Source of the DNA: a virus
Lineage: Duplodnaviria; Caudoviricetes
Direction: 5' to 3' (one strand)
DNA: 45,415 bases
Virus record (IMG/VR): IMGVR_UViG_3300004241_000005
Coordinates: 1 to 45,415 of that record
Shown here: positions 27,265-36,707 of the stretch, one piece after another
How the letters are laid out: each line of letters opens with the position of its first letter
Position numbering within the stretch: the first letter of the stretch is position 1
Notes under the pieces: model-generated
What the model was told of the DNA's origin: nothing
The model's database searches: none
Seen by the model: the letters and a program-made list of their open reading frames with translations, nothing else
Made by a program: the position numbers and the translations under genes

Positions 27265-28397
27265 GCAGCGACCTGAGCCTTCTCCCGTTCCTGTCCTACC
27301 TGCCGGACCTGCATTTCTGCGAGACCGATCCGGCCGTGGTCGAAAAGGCGCTCTTCGCCGGGTATGAGGCCGCGACCGGAAAGAGCCTGGCCCCGGGCAA
27401 TCCCGAGCGGCTGTTCCTCGAAGGCGTGGCCGCGTTCATCGCCATGCAGCGGGTGTACATCGACGAGAGCGCGCGCAGCCAGCTTTTGGCCTACGCCACA
27501 GGAGACAGCCTGGATCACCTGGGCGCGCTGGTGGATTGCCAGCGACTCCCCGCGGCGGCCGCCACGGACACGTTGCGCATCGAACTGTCCGCCGCCCAGG
27601 CCACCGCCTGGACCTGCCCAACCGGCACGCGCGTCACCCCGGACGGCAGCCTGATCTTCGCCACGGACGAGCTGCTGACCATCGCCGCCGGCGAGACCTC
27701 GGGAGAGGTCGGAATCACCTGTCTGACCGCCGGCGCAGGGGGCAACGGCTACCTGGCCGGCCAGATCGCCAGGCTCGTTGACCCCCTGGCCTACGTCGCC
27801 TCCGTGGCCAACGTGGACGGCACCTCCGGCGGGGCCGACGTGGAGAGCGACGACAACTTCCGCGAGCGCATCCAGCTCGCGCCGGCGCAATACTCCGTGG
27901 CCGGTCCCGAGGACGCCTACAAGTACTGGGTGCGTTCGGCGCATCAGACCATCAAGGACGTGGCCGTGGTCTCCCCCGAGCCCGTGGACGTGGAACTCTA
28001 TCCCCTGCTGGCCGACGGCCAGGTTCCGGGCGAGACCATCCTGGCCCTCGTGACCGCCACGGTGGCCAAGAAGAGCCGCGTGCCCCTCACCGACCGCGTG
28101 TCGGTCCTCGCGCCCGGGGTTGTGTCTTACGCGGTGACGCTCACCTGGTGGCTGGAGGAGGCGCAGAGCTCCTCGCAGGCGCTCGTGGCCACGGCCGTGG
28201 CCACCGCCGTGGAGGAGTTCACGGCCTGGCAGCGCGCCAAGCTCGGGCGCGACATCACCCCCACGGAGCTCATCCGGCGGGTCCAGTCCGCGGGCGTCAA
28301 GCGCCTCGTGGTCACGTCGCCCGCCTACCTGGCCCTCGAGGACTGGCAGGTCGCCCATGCCTCCGATGTCAGCGTCGAGTTCGGAGGCCTCGAATGA
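27261..28397 (+). CDS. Baseplate J protein
   Basis: YATGDSLDHLG, GGADVESDDNFRERI, SVAGPEDAY, KLGRDI. Confidence 0.9.
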   Translation: MSSDLSLLPFLSYLPDLHFCETDPAVVEKALFAGYEAATGKSLAPGNPERLFLEGVAAFIAMQRVYIDESARSQLLAYATGDSLDHLGALVDCQRLPAAAATDTLRIELSAAQATAWTCPTGTRVTPDGSLIFATDELLTIAAGETSGEVGITCLTAGAGGNGYLAGQIARLVDPLAYVASVANVDGTSGGADVESDDNFRERIQLAPAQYSVAGPEDAYKYWVRSAHQTIKDVAVVSPEPVDVELYPLLADGQVPGETILALVTATVAKKSRVPLTDRVSVLAPGVVSYAVTLTWWLEEAQSSSQALVATAVATAVEEFTAWQRAKLGRDITPTELIRRVQSAGVKRLVVTSPAYLALEDWQVAHASDVSVEFGGLE

Positions 28398-29038
28398 TGC
28401 GCCAGGCCGACCTCGACCTGCGGGCCCTGCTGCCCGGCTCCATCTCGGGCGACCCAACCGTCATGGCTCTGGCCGAGAGCATCGGCCAGGAGCTGCGCAC
28501 GGTGGCCGGGCTGGTGGACCTGGTGCGGCTCTACCAGCGCCTGGACGAGCAGACCGAGCCGGTGCTGTCGCTTTTGGCCTGGCAGTTCAACGTGCTGTTC
28601 TGGGACGCCTCCCTCTCGAACGAGGTGAAGCGCACGCTCATCCGCAAGGCCCTCGCGTGGCGGCGGATTCACGGCACCGCAGCCTGTGTCGAGGAAGCCG
28701 TGACCGCCGTGTTCGGCGAGCCCGCGATCGTGGTGCCTTGGTACCGTTACGGCGCGCCCCGCGGGAAATTCCTCGTGGAGGTCGAGATCACCGCCGCGCC
28801 CTTGCAAGCCGACGTGGCGGACAAGGCCCTGGCCGTTGTGAAGGCCACCAAGAACGCACGCTCGCACCTGGACGAGCTGCGAATCGTGCTCGCGGTCCAC
28901 TGTGATGCGCGGGCAGCTTGCTCAGTCCAGACCGACGAACTGATCGACGTGTACCCCTGGAGTCTGGACGGCCTTGAAACCACCCTGCCGGCGCGCATGG
29001 CGGTCGGCGTGCATGTGGTCGAAACAGTGGATTGCTGA
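28394..29038 (+). CDS. Tail protein I
   Basis: LSLLAWQFNV..WD, RIHGTAACVEEA, PWYRYG, KNARSHL. Confidence 0.88.
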   Translation: MMRQADLDLRALLPGSISGDPTVMALAESIGQELRTVAGLVDLVRLYQRLDEQTEPVLSLLAWQFNVLFWDASLSNEVKRTLIRKALAWRRIHGTAACVEEAVTAVFGEPAIVVPWYRYGAPRGKFLVEVEITAAPLQADVADKALAVVKATKNARSHLDELRIVLAVHCDARAACSVQTDELIDVYPWSLDGLETTLPARMAVGVHVVETVDC

Positions 29039-29047
29039 GGAGGAATA

Positions 29048-30235
29048 ATGGCGACCTACTTCACATTGTTAACGAAGACCGGACAGGCGCTGCTCGCCAC
29101 GGCGAACGCCACGGGAGCGCCTGTCCAGCTCACGCACATGGCGGTGGGCGATGGGAATGGAGTGGAGATCACGCCGCAGGAATCGCAGACCGCACTCATC
29201 CGTGAGGTGTGGCGCGGGAGCCTGAACAGCCTGGATGAGGATACCGAAAACCCGGGCTGGATCAAGGCTGAGGCCGTAATCCCCGAGTCTCAGGGAGGTT
29301 TCACCATTCGTGAGGTGGGGCTGTTCGACACGAACGGCCTGCTCGTGGCAGTGGGCAACCTCCCGTCCAGCTACAAGCCGCAGCTCGCCGAGGGCTCGGC
29401 CAAGACCTTTTACATGCGCATGCGTGTGTCCATTGGAAACGCCAACTCCGTGACCCTGTTGATAGACCCGAGCGTGATCCTCGCGCCCCGGTCCTACGTG
29501 GACGTTGAGGTGGGCAAGGTGCGCACGGACCTGGACGCGCTGTCCGATGCCGTCGAGACCCACATCGACGACCACGCGAACCCGCATGAGACGACGGCGA
29601 GTCAGGTGGGTGCGGAGCCTGCTGGGGCAGTGGCCGCCCACGACGCGGACGAGGAGTCCCATGCGGACATCCGGGCGCTCATCGCCGGCATGAGCGGCGC
29701 GCGCTACGAGACGCTGCCCGTGGGCGCCGGGGCTATGATCCCCAGCCGGACCAACGGGGCCACGGCCGGCGTGGATGAGACCGCCACCTACAAGCTCACC
29801 GAGGAGTACATGTCTTTCGGCAACGCCGCCGACACCTCGGCCGAGTTCTCGTGCAAGCTCCCCGAGAATTGGGATCGCGGCACGGTCAAGGTGCGCATCC
29901 ACTGGCGGCCCGCCGGCGGCACGGCCGGGCAGGTTGTGGGCTTCCAGGTCGCGGCCGGCGTGAGCGGCGACGGCGACACCCTGGACCGCGCCCTGGGCGA
30001 GGCCGTCACCGTGTCCGACGCGGCGAGGGCCGGGCTCGGCAACGAGGAGCACGCCACCGCCGCCAGCACGGCCCTCACCGTGGGCGGCATCATGGCCGCG
30101 GGCAAGCGCCTGCACTTCAAGATCACCCGCGACTATGACTACGCGGTGGGCGGCGCGGCACTCGCCGCCGCGGCGCTGCTCCTGGGCATCGAGATCCAGT
30201 ACCGCACGTCCGGCTCGGTCGCCGCCTGGATCTAG
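29048..30235 (+). CDS. Tail fibre protein (P2 gpH-like N-terminus)
   Basis: LTHMAVGDGNG, GGFTIREVGLFD, YKPQLAEGS, IDPSVILA. Confidence 0.85.
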   Translation: MATYFTLLTKTGQALLATANATGAPVQLTHMAVGDGNGVEITPQESQTALIREVWRGSLNSLDEDTENPGWIKAEAVIPESQGGFTIREVGLFDTNGLLVAVGNLPSSYKPQLAEGSAKTFYMRMRVSIGNANSVTLLIDPSVILAPRSYVDVEVGKVRTDLDALSDAVETHIDDHANPHETTASQVGAEPAGAVAAHDADEESHADIRALIAGMSGARYETLPVGAGAMIPSRTNGATAGVDETATYKLTEEYMSFGNAADTSAEFSCKLPENWDRGTVKVRIHWRPAGGTAGQVVGFQVAAGVSGDGDTLDRALGEAVTVSDAARAGLGNEEHATAASTALTVGGIMAAGKRLHFKITRDYDYAVGGAALAAAALLLGIEIQYRTSGSVAAWI

Positions 30236-30237
30236 CC

Positions 30238-31329
30238 ATGCACGTCAGCCTGCCCAACATCCGGCGGCGCGGCGGCCGCAACTGGTTCGGGGACGGCAGC
30301 CTGGGCAACGTGGTCGTCAGCGCCGACACCAGCGTGGCCGCCACCCAGGACGGCGACATGGCGGTGCTCAATTACAACAGCCTGACCATCGACGCGGGCA
30401 AAGTCCTCACCGTGGCCAACCGCTGCCGTGGGCTCATCGTGTACGTGCGCGGCAACTGCGTCATCAACGGCTCCATCCTCATGACCGGCCGGGGCTGCAA
30501 GGCCAACCCGGCGGACAGCGGCGTCACCGCCAACACGCCCGTGGCCCCTGGCGACGGCCACGCCGTGCCGGCCGAGGGCGTCGTGATCCGCCGCCTGGCC
30601 CAGGGCCAGACGCAGACGCACGCCGCCGCGCTCATGCAGGGCTGCGGCTCGGCCGCCCTGGCCAGCGAGGCCAACCAGCCGGCCGTGTCCGGCGACGGCC
30701 TGGCCGTGGCCATCCCGCGCGTGGGGGGTGGCGGTGCGGCAGGGGTCACCAGCGCCAATGGGGCGACCGGGGCCACGGCCGCCAACGCACCAGGCGGCGG
30801 CGGAAGCGGCGGTTCGAGCCCGCGCACCGCCACGGCCAGCAGCGCCGGCGCGGCCGCGACCTGCTTCAGTGGGGGCTCGGGCGGCGGCGGTGTGGCCGGC
30901 GGCACTGGGGCGGCCAACGCCAGGGCCTACGGCGGCCAGGGCGGCGACGGCGACTCCGGCGGCGACCCAGGCTTTGCCGGAGCCGGCAATCCCATTGGGT
31001 CTGGGTACACAACGGGCACGCTCGCTGTGCCCGGCACGGGCGGCCTGCTGATCCTCATCGTGGGCGGCGATCTGTCGGGCTCCGGCGTTATCGCAGCAGA
31101 CGGCGCGGCCGGCGGCTATACGACGGCGGCGGCCGGCAGCGCCGGGGGCGCTGGCTCCGGCGGCGGCGTGGTGATGATGCTCTACGGTGGCAAAATCACC
31201 AACTGGACCGGCACGCTGCGCGCCAACGGCGGGGCTGGCGGGCCGCAGTATGGCGGCGGATACAGCCGCTCCGGAGGCAACGGCGGCGCAGGCTCGGTCA
31301 TCGGCCCCACCAAGATAGACGCGGCGTAG
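30238..31329 (+). CDS. Glycine-rich tail fibre/receptor-binding-associated protein
   Basis: WFGDGSLG start; many GxGG runs; follows the fibre gene. Confidence 0.6.
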   Translation: MHVSLPNIRRRGGRNWFGDGSLGNVVVSADTSVAATQDGDMAVLNYNSLTIDAGKVLTVANRCRGLIVYVRGNCVINGSILMTGRGCKANPADSGVTANTPVAPGDGHAVPAEGVVIRRLAQGQTQTHAAALMQGCGSAALASEANQPAVSGDGLAVAIPRVGGGGAAGVTSANGATGATAANAPGGGGSGGSSPRTATASSAGAAATCFSGGSGGGGVAGGTGAANARAYGGQGGDGDSGGDPGFAGAGNPIGSGYTTGTLAVPGTGGLLILIVGGDLSGSGVIAADGAAGGYTTAAAGSAGGAGSGGGVVMMLYGGKITNWTGTLRANGGAGGPQYGGGYSRSGGNGGAGSVIGPTKIDAA

Positions 31330-31345
31330 CCGCAGAGGAGAGACC

Positions 31346-31666
31346 ATGGGCTACATCATCCTGCACAACCGCCAGGACGCGGCGAGCCGCGACTTCGTGG
31401 CCGGGCTGCCCGAGGGCGGCGGGCACCAGATCATCGAGTGGTACACCGACGCCGCGGCCGTGTCGGAGTTCCTGTCCACCTACCCCAGCGTCTACCCCAG
31501 CGCGTTCCCCTCGGTCTTGATCCACCGCGCGGACAAGGACGTGCCCGAGGCCGCCGACCCGGTGTCCGGGGAGATCGTTCCGGCGCACACCATCCCGGCG
31601 CACTGGGAGCTGGTGCGCTGCCCGGCCGACCTGGCCGAGGTCGCGGCCATCGAGGCGGACTGGTAG
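31346..31666 (+). CDS. Hypothetical protein (possible fibre chaperone)
   Basis: GAGGAG RBS; position. Confidence 0.5.
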   Translation: MGYIILHNRQDAASRDFVAGLPEGGGHQIIEWYTDAAAVSEFLSTYPSVYPSAFPSVLIHRADKDVPEAADPVSGEIVPAHTIPAHWELVRCPADLAEVAAIEADW

Positions 31667-31668
31667 CG

Positions 31669-31917
31669 ATGACGGACATCTGCGACGATGCCCAGGCGGC
31701 CGAGGTCTACATTCGGTTGGAAGCCCTGGCCAGCGTGCCCTTCCCGGATCAGGGTGAGGCGCAGCGAGTGGAGGGCGGCCAAGTGGTCTGCCTGGACTGC
31801 GGAGAGCCGGTGGCCCCGGCTCGGCTCGCGGCCAACCCAACGGTCACCAGGTGCGTGGAGTGCCAGGCCGAGCAGGAGCACCTTCGACGTCAGTTGAGCG
31901 GACATAGAGTGACGTAG
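31669..31917 (+). CDS. TraR/DksA C4 zinc-finger protein
   Basis: DICDDAQ (DxxDxA), CLDCGEPV...RL.ANP...RCVECQ. Confidence 0.85.
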   Translation: MTDICDDAQAAEVYIRLEALASVPFPDQGEAQRVEGGQVVCLDCGEPVAPARLAANPTVTRCVECQAEQEHLRRQLSGHRVT

Positions 31918-31922
31918 CCAAA

Positions 31923-31963
31923 CGTAAAAGGGCGCCCTGGCTCATCCGGGGCGCCCTTTTACG
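31923..31963. terminator. Bidirectional intrinsic terminator
   Basis: cgtaaaagggcgccctgg-ctcat-ccggggcgcccttttacg between convergent genes. Confidence 0.85.
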
Positions 31964-31989
31964 CGGAGATTGCAGCCGCGTCGGTCAAC

Positions 31990-32178
31990 TTAATGCTTGC
32001 GGTCAATCTTGAGTGCCAACATGGCTGACCCGACGCCGGCGGAGAAGACCTTGTTTCCCATGGGTTGATCGAAAAACATGGTGATGAAACCGCCAACCAT
32101 GAGCACTACACCGCTCCAGCCAAATGATGCCGCAACATAGGTCCTGGCTGTGCTCCTATCCCATGACCGCCAATCCAT
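31990..32178 (-). CDS. Small two-TM membrane protein
   Basis: Two hydrophobic segments; start overlaps upstream stop. Confidence 0.5.
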   Translation of the reverse strand: MDWRSWDRSTARTYVAASFGWSGVVLMVGGFITMFFDQPMGNKVFSAGVGSAMLALKIDRKH

Positions 32179-32642
32179 TATTTAATTGCCTTTTGCACCA
32201 TTTCTCGGTCAACCATCGTCCCCGCCGTCTCCCGCCCCTTGCTCTGCCGATACGCCAGCCCCAGCCCCAGGAGCTGCCCTGGCGCGGCGCGCAGCATGGG
32301 GGGCAGGCCCCTGTCCTCGCTGATGCGCTGCTGCAGGGCCGTGACGTCCTGGCGCCAGCGGCCGGGTTGCGAGAGCAAGCCCTTGCTGCTGAACCCCGCG
32401 TCATGAAACCCGGAGAGCCCTTTGAAGGTGTCCAATTCCGTGAGCAGCCGCCGGACTTCCGCCTTGGCCTGGGCCTCGGACATCGCGGGCATGGCGGGCT
32501 GGGGAGCAGCAGCCGGGGCAGAGGACTGCGGGGCGTTCCCGCCCCGGCTGAACCCCCACAGCGCAAGGGCGGCCAGGACGAGGGCGGCAAGGCCGAAGAT
32601 GGTCAGAATCCGCTTGTTGGTGCGTTTGCGGTCCGTGCCCAT
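32178..32642 (-). CDS. Membrane-anchored hypothetical protein
   Basis: Basic N-terminus, TM helix, Pro/Ala linker; GGAGG RBS. Confidence 0.6.
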   Translation of the reverse strand: MGTDRKRTNKRILTIFGLAALVLAALALWGFSRGGNAPQSSAPAAAPQPAMPAMSEAQAKAEVRRLLTELDTFKGLSGFHDAGFSSKGLLSQPGRWRQDVTALQQRISEDRGLPPMLRAAPGQLLGLGLAYRQSKGRETAGTMVDREMVQKAIK

Positions 32643-32695
32643 GACCGTCCTCCCGACCTTATTGCCGTCAGCTCGCAGCCAGCCCGGCCACGCTC

Positions 32696-33127
32696 CTACT
32701 CATCCAGGTTCGCCGTCAGGAACATGCCCTTCTCCAGCGACTGAAAGAAGGCCTGGTACGGCAATGGGTCTTCCACCGCTTTCAGCCCCATCTGGGCATT
32801 GGCGCGCACCCGCATCTGCTTCTCGCCCTTGTTCTGCACCATCACGGTCATGCGCATGCCGCCATGCCCGCCCAGCTTGGTGGCGGTGACTGTGCCCAGG
32901 TTCGAGTCAGCCTTGTCGATGACAAAGCTTAAGTCCTGCAAGGTGGCGATGACCGTGCGCATGGTGGTCATCTTGTCGCTGGTGTCGAACACGCGGCTTT
33001 GCATGGTGCGCAGCTTCACCTGGGACTCGGCGCTGGTGGCCAGGGCCTGCTGGTTCGGGTTCACGCAGCCGGAGGCCGCAACGACCACAAGGCAAAGCGG
33101 AAGAAGAACGCGAAGAAGAGTATTCAT
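32696..33127 (-). CDS. Lipoprotein (paralog of 33124-33885)
   Basis: Signal peptide with ASGC lipobox; QSRVFDT..LQDLSF..LGTVTATK. Confidence 0.75.
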   Translation of the reverse strand: MNTLLRVLLPLCLVVVAASGCVNPNQQALATSAESQVKLRTMQSRVFDTSDKMTTMRTVIATLQDLSFVIDKADSNLGTVTATKLGGHGGMRMTVMVQNKGEKQMRVRANAQMGLKAVEDPLPYQAFFQSLEKGMFLTANLDE

Positions 33128-33885
33128 ATGTCATTGGCCTCCAGAAAGACGGACTTCGAGAGCTTCTCGTAGAATTCCTTGTACAGTTCCGGTGTGGCCA
33201 GGGCCTCCATGAGCGTCGCCTGGCCATGCGTGTTGATGACCACCCGCTGGAACGTCACCCGCACGCGTGTGGCGCCGAAGTCTTGCTGCTTCAGGCGCTG
33301 GGTCAGCTCATCGTTCAGGGTCTTGACCGTCTGCGCCGTGAGCGACTTGCCTGCCAGCTTCGCATCAGCAGGGGGCAGGACACGCGCGAGCTCCTCCTCA
33401 AAGCTTTTTTGCAGCCTGCCCGACATGCGTTCGCATGTGGCGCTGATCTTTTCGGGGGTAAGCTCCTGGACCTTGGCCCCCTGATTGGTTTCAACAGGAC
33501 GGGCCATCGGCGCTGTGACAAGGGAGACGCGGATGGTCTGTTCCTTGTCGATGGGTTGGGGCTGGGCACCCAAAGCAGCAGCCAGGAGCATCAACGTCAC
33601 CTGCCCGGCGTTCGTGGCGTCCCGAGTCTTGGACCCCACAATGATGCCGAGATCAGGTGTTGATTCGTCCAGATGGAAACCCAGGTCCTGGAGCACGGAG
33701 GCCGAGGCCGAAAGCACCATCTTCTCGTCATTGGTGTCGTAGCGTTTGGTTTGGAGCTGGCGCATCTGCATGCTTTCAGGCGCGAGCGTCAGCATGTCCC
33801 TGGAGATCTGCGCGTGGTTGGCGCAGCCGGACATCGCCAGAAGGGCGAGCAGGCAGACCGCACGGATGGAGCAGCTACACGTCAT
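33124..33885 (-). CDS. Lipoprotein
   Basis: LAMSGC lipobox; QTKRYDT..LQDLGF..LGIIVGSK. Confidence 0.75.
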   Translation of the reverse strand: MTCSCSIRAVCLLALLAMSGCANHAQISRDMLTLAPESMQMRQLQTKRYDTNDEKMVLSASASVLQDLGFHLDESTPDLGIIVGSKTRDATNAGQVTLMLLAAALGAQPQPIDKEQTIRVSLVTAPMARPVETNQGAKVQELTPEKISATCERMSGRLQKSFEEELARVLPPADAKLAGKSLTAQTVKTLNDELTQRLKQQDFGATRVRVTFQRVVINTHGQATLMEALATPELYKEFYEKLSKSVFLEANDI

Positions 33886-33894
33886 GAGCGCCCC

Positions 33895-34353
33895 CTAGAA
33901 GCTGGACTGGCGGTAGGCGAAGTCGCGCACCTTGGCTTGCTCGTCAAACTTGATGATGATGGTCAAGGTCCGCTGCGTGGTGGAGGAGGCTCCTGCGCCC
34001 TGATTGTAGCTGCCGCCACCCAGGCCGCCGCCGAGCAGGCCGCTCCCATAGCCGCCGCCGAGGATCAGGGCGTTCACCCCGCCGGAAGAGGTCGAATAGG
34101 CGCTTTCAGTGGACACCTTGTCATAGACCCACACCTCGCGACGTTTCTCGTCCGTGGAGACAAGATTCGGCGAGCCGAGAACCTCGATGACCTGCGCGTT
34201 GGTCATGCCGACCTTGATCTCACGCTGGACCTTGCCCGCCGTAAGCTTGTCGCCGCCTTCGTCGCGCACTGCTGCGCGGTGCTCCGCAGTGGTCATGCAG
34301 CCAGGAAGCAGGGAAAGGCATAGGGCAAGGCAGCAGAGTGTGAATTTCGACAT
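33895..34353 (-). CDS. BamE/SmpA-OmlA-domain lipoprotein
   Basis: LPGC lipobox; IKVGMTNAQVIEVLGSP, VWVY, LTIIIKFDEQAKV. Confidence 0.75.
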   Translation of the reverse strand: MSKFTLCCLALCLSLLPGCMTTAEHRAAVRDEGGDKLTAGKVQREIKVGMTNAQVIEVLGSPNLVSTDEKRREVWVYDKVSTESAYSTSSGGVNALILGGGYGSGLLGGGLGGGSYNQGAGASSTTQRTLTIIIKFDEQAKVRDFAYRQSSF

Positions 34354-34458
34354 GAGATTATCTCCTCTTTCCGGGGTTATGTTCGTCGTGTCGCAAGGGA
34401 AATAGGATCGTCTGTAATTTCGCTCGTGCCAATCCGTCTCCTCGACCGCTGCCGAGGA

Positions 34459-35262
34459 TTAGACGGAATCGTCCCCGGCAGCCTTCTGCGGGACGACATA
34501 GGGGATCGCTGTCTCGGCCGCCTTGGCCAGGCCGGGTTTGGGCTCGGCCACGCCGTAGCCGCCCTGCGCCGCAACCGCCTTGTCAATCTCGCCGTCGAGC
34601 ATGGCCCGCAGAGCCCGCAGGATGTCGAGCCGAGGCACGCCCGTCTCCTGCATGGTCCTCTCGACCGTGGCCATGCGCGCGGCCATGAGCGAGGCCGTCT
34701 CCGGGGAGAGACCGGGGTCGTCGAAGTCGCCGCGCTTCTCGCGCAGCCAGGTCAGGGGGCCACGCTCCCCATATTGCTCCTCGGTCAGAAAGGGCTGCCC
34801 CACCTGGGCCAACAGGAAATTGGCGTTTACCCGGTAGGCGTGGATCAGCCGCGCGACGGCCAGCGCCGAGGGCAGGGCCCGCGACCCCATGCAGGAGCGC
34901 AGCTCGTCCGGGCTCATGCCGGCGACCTGGGCGATCTCCGGCATATCGGCGGGCAATTGCGCCACGAGGTCATGCAGCGTGTCGCCGATGCTCACGTAGT
35001 CCGGGATGAGCCGCCCGGCGTCAGGCTCTGCTGTCGGCAGGCCGGCTCCCAGCAGCAACCACGCCGGCGACAAGCCCAGCTTGAGGGCCAGCAGCTCGAG
35101 GTCTTCGGCGCTTGGCCGCTGACCCTTTTTCCAGGCCTGGAGCTTGGGCACCTTCACGTCGAGCAGCTCGCCCGCGTTGGCCAGGGTGAACTTCAAGCCA
35201 CCCTTGGCCAGGCGCTCCGCTATAATCTTCTGTATGATTTCGAACTGTTGCGGCCAGTCCAT
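34459..35262 (-). CDS. Prophage repressor (CI-like, two XRE-like HTH units, no evident S24 domain)
   Basis: AGELLDVKVPKLQAWKKGQRPS..LSPAWLLLG and second unit IAQVAGMS..VNANFLL; divergent from Cro-like gene. Confidence 0.75.
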   Translation of the reverse strand: MDWPQQFEIIQKIIAERLAKGGLKFTLANAGELLDVKVPKLQAWKKGQRPSAEDLELLALKLGLSPAWLLLGAGLPTAEPDAGRLIPDYVSIGDTLHDLVAQLPADMPEIAQVAGMSPDELRSCMGSRALPSALAVARLIHAYRVNANFLLAQVGQPFLTEEQYGERGPLTWLREKRGDFDDPGLSPETASLMAARMATVERTMQETGVPRLDILRALRAMLDGEIDKAVAAQGGYGVAEPKPGLAKAAETAIPYVVPQKAAGDDSV

Positions 35263-35315
35263 ATGAAATCTGCCTACTGTTTTATGAAATTTAGTTGACT
35301 TTTTATGAAAAGTCA
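35262..35315. promoter_or_regulatory. Immunity operator/promoter region
   Basis: TATGAAA at 35262, 35283 and 35304 (21-bp period); palindrome tgactttt-tatg-aaaagtca overlapping a -35-like TTGACT. Confidence 0.65.
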
Positions 35316-35578
35316 TTGTACGTGTTGCGCGAACACTTCACCAAACTAATTGAGGTGTCCGGTGGCCAAGGTCAATTCGCGCTCAAGATTTCATCTGCCT
35401 CCCGTCCGGGTCGGCTGGGCAAGCCTGATGTCCGTTCGCACCAGACTTGCCGCACTGTCGCGCGCAGTGCGCCGCAAGCCCGCCAAGTCGGATGCGCTCG
35501 GACAGCATCTCCTCCCCGGCCTTGAATACCTCCGCGAAAAGATGTCCACGCGCCGGGCATCTATAAGGAGTTTCGCAA

Positions 35579-35860
35579 ATGATTAAGGGAATTGATGCGC
35601 TCGGTCAACTGCACGTCCCCGTTTCCACGCTGCGCAAGGAATGGCTGCGCCAGAACGGGTTCTCCGGCCGCTACCTGGCCGACCGCTTTGGCCTGAAGCC
35701 CGCGCGCGTGTCGCAGATCCTCGGCACCGGCGAGTGCCCCGCACGCTACATCGAGATCCTCCGCTCCCTCGGAATGCCGGAGGAACTCTTGCCCTCCCCC
35801 TCGCGCGAGAAGCCCGGCCCGCCGGCGATGGTCCCCGCACTGGTCCAGCCCGCGACCTGA
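35579..35860 (+). CDS. Cro-like HTH regulator
   Basis: SGRYLADRFGLKPARVSQIL; AAGGAG RBS. Confidence 0.7.
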   Translation: MIKGIDALGQLHVPVSTLRKEWLRQNGFSGRYLADRFGLKPARVSQILGTGECPARYIEILRSLGMPEELLPSPSREKPGPPAMVPALVQPAT

Positions 35861-35939
35861 TTTCCGTGAAAAGCCCATGCTCCGCCCTACGCCGCGACGG
35901 CGCGGCCTGACAAGATGAGAAACGGAGGCGAATCTCACC

Positions 35940-36413
35940 ATGAGCGAAGACGAAATCGACCTGCGGGAACTCTCCCTCCTCGACGCCCTGGACCTGGCCG
36001 TGAAGCGCTCAGGCAAGTCCCGGGTGCGGCTCGCTGACGACATGGGCTGGAGCTGGGACAACGCCAACCGGATATTCAGCACCGAGCGCTACTGGTGGTC
36101 GTTCGAGGACTTCCCGAAGCTGCTCGCCAAGCTCGGCAACACGATCCTCCTGGACTGGGCCAGGGCCCACGCCGAGGCCGGGGGGCTTCAGCGCGTTCCC
36201 CGGGCGCTGGACTGCGCCGCCCTCGTGCTCCGCATGGGCGTGCTCTTCAAGGAGCTGGGCGACGTGGCCAGGGTCGGTGAGAACGCCATCCGCAACAACA
36301 AGATCGACAAACGCGAGGCGCGCCAGCTCATCCGCGAGCTGACGGATGTGGCGAACGCGGCCTTGGAAACAGTCAATGGACTGCGCGGCATCGCCGGCAT
36401 CCCGGCGAAGTGA
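35940..36413 (+). CDS. Phage regulatory protein, CII (186/P2-type)-like
   Basis: ELGDVAR...IRNNKIDKREARQLIREL; position after Cro. Confidence 0.7.
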   Translation: MSEDEIDLRELSLLDALDLAVKRSGKSRVRLADDMGWSWDNANRIFSTERYWWSFEDFPKLLAKLGNTILLDWARAHAEAGGLQRVPRALDCAALVLRMGVLFKELGDVARVGENAIRNNKIDKREARQLIRELTDVANAALETVNGLRGIAGIPAK

Positions 36414-36431
36414 CCGCGCGAGGAGGGCTTC

Positions 36432-36707
36432 ATGAAATTGCACACACTTCCGCTTTCAGTCGCCGCTGAGGTTGTGGACGGTCTGGTGCGCCAACTCCTG
36501 GGCCATCCCGAGGCCACCGATCAGGACCGCCCTGTTCTGGCCAATGCGTCTGCCGGTCTTTCCGAAGTGAAGCGCCTGCATCTGCCGCGCTTCACGCCGG
36601 TCGATCCCGCAACCCTGCCCCCGCGCCAGCCAGGCCAGGCCTATCCGGTCCTGCCCAAGGGCTGGGCGGTGGACTGGGAGGAGGGCAAGGAGGGCGGCCA
36701 TGCGTGA
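36432..36707 (+). CDS. Hypothetical protein
   Basis: GAGGAGG RBS; operon packing. Confidence 0.5.
   Translation: MKLHTLPLSVAAEVVDGLVRQLLGHPEATDQDRPVLANASAGLSEVKRLHLPRFTPVDPATLPPRQPGQAYPVLPKGWAVDWEEGKEGGHA

Noticed and set aside
30700-31320. GGC-rich repeats as an array or CRISPR
   Set aside because: Explained by glycine codons; no repeat-spacer periodicity seen here or elsewhere by eye
29048-31917. Diversity-generating retroelement or invertible tail-fibre cassette
   Set aside because: No reverse transcriptase, template repeat, invertase or inverted repeats seen
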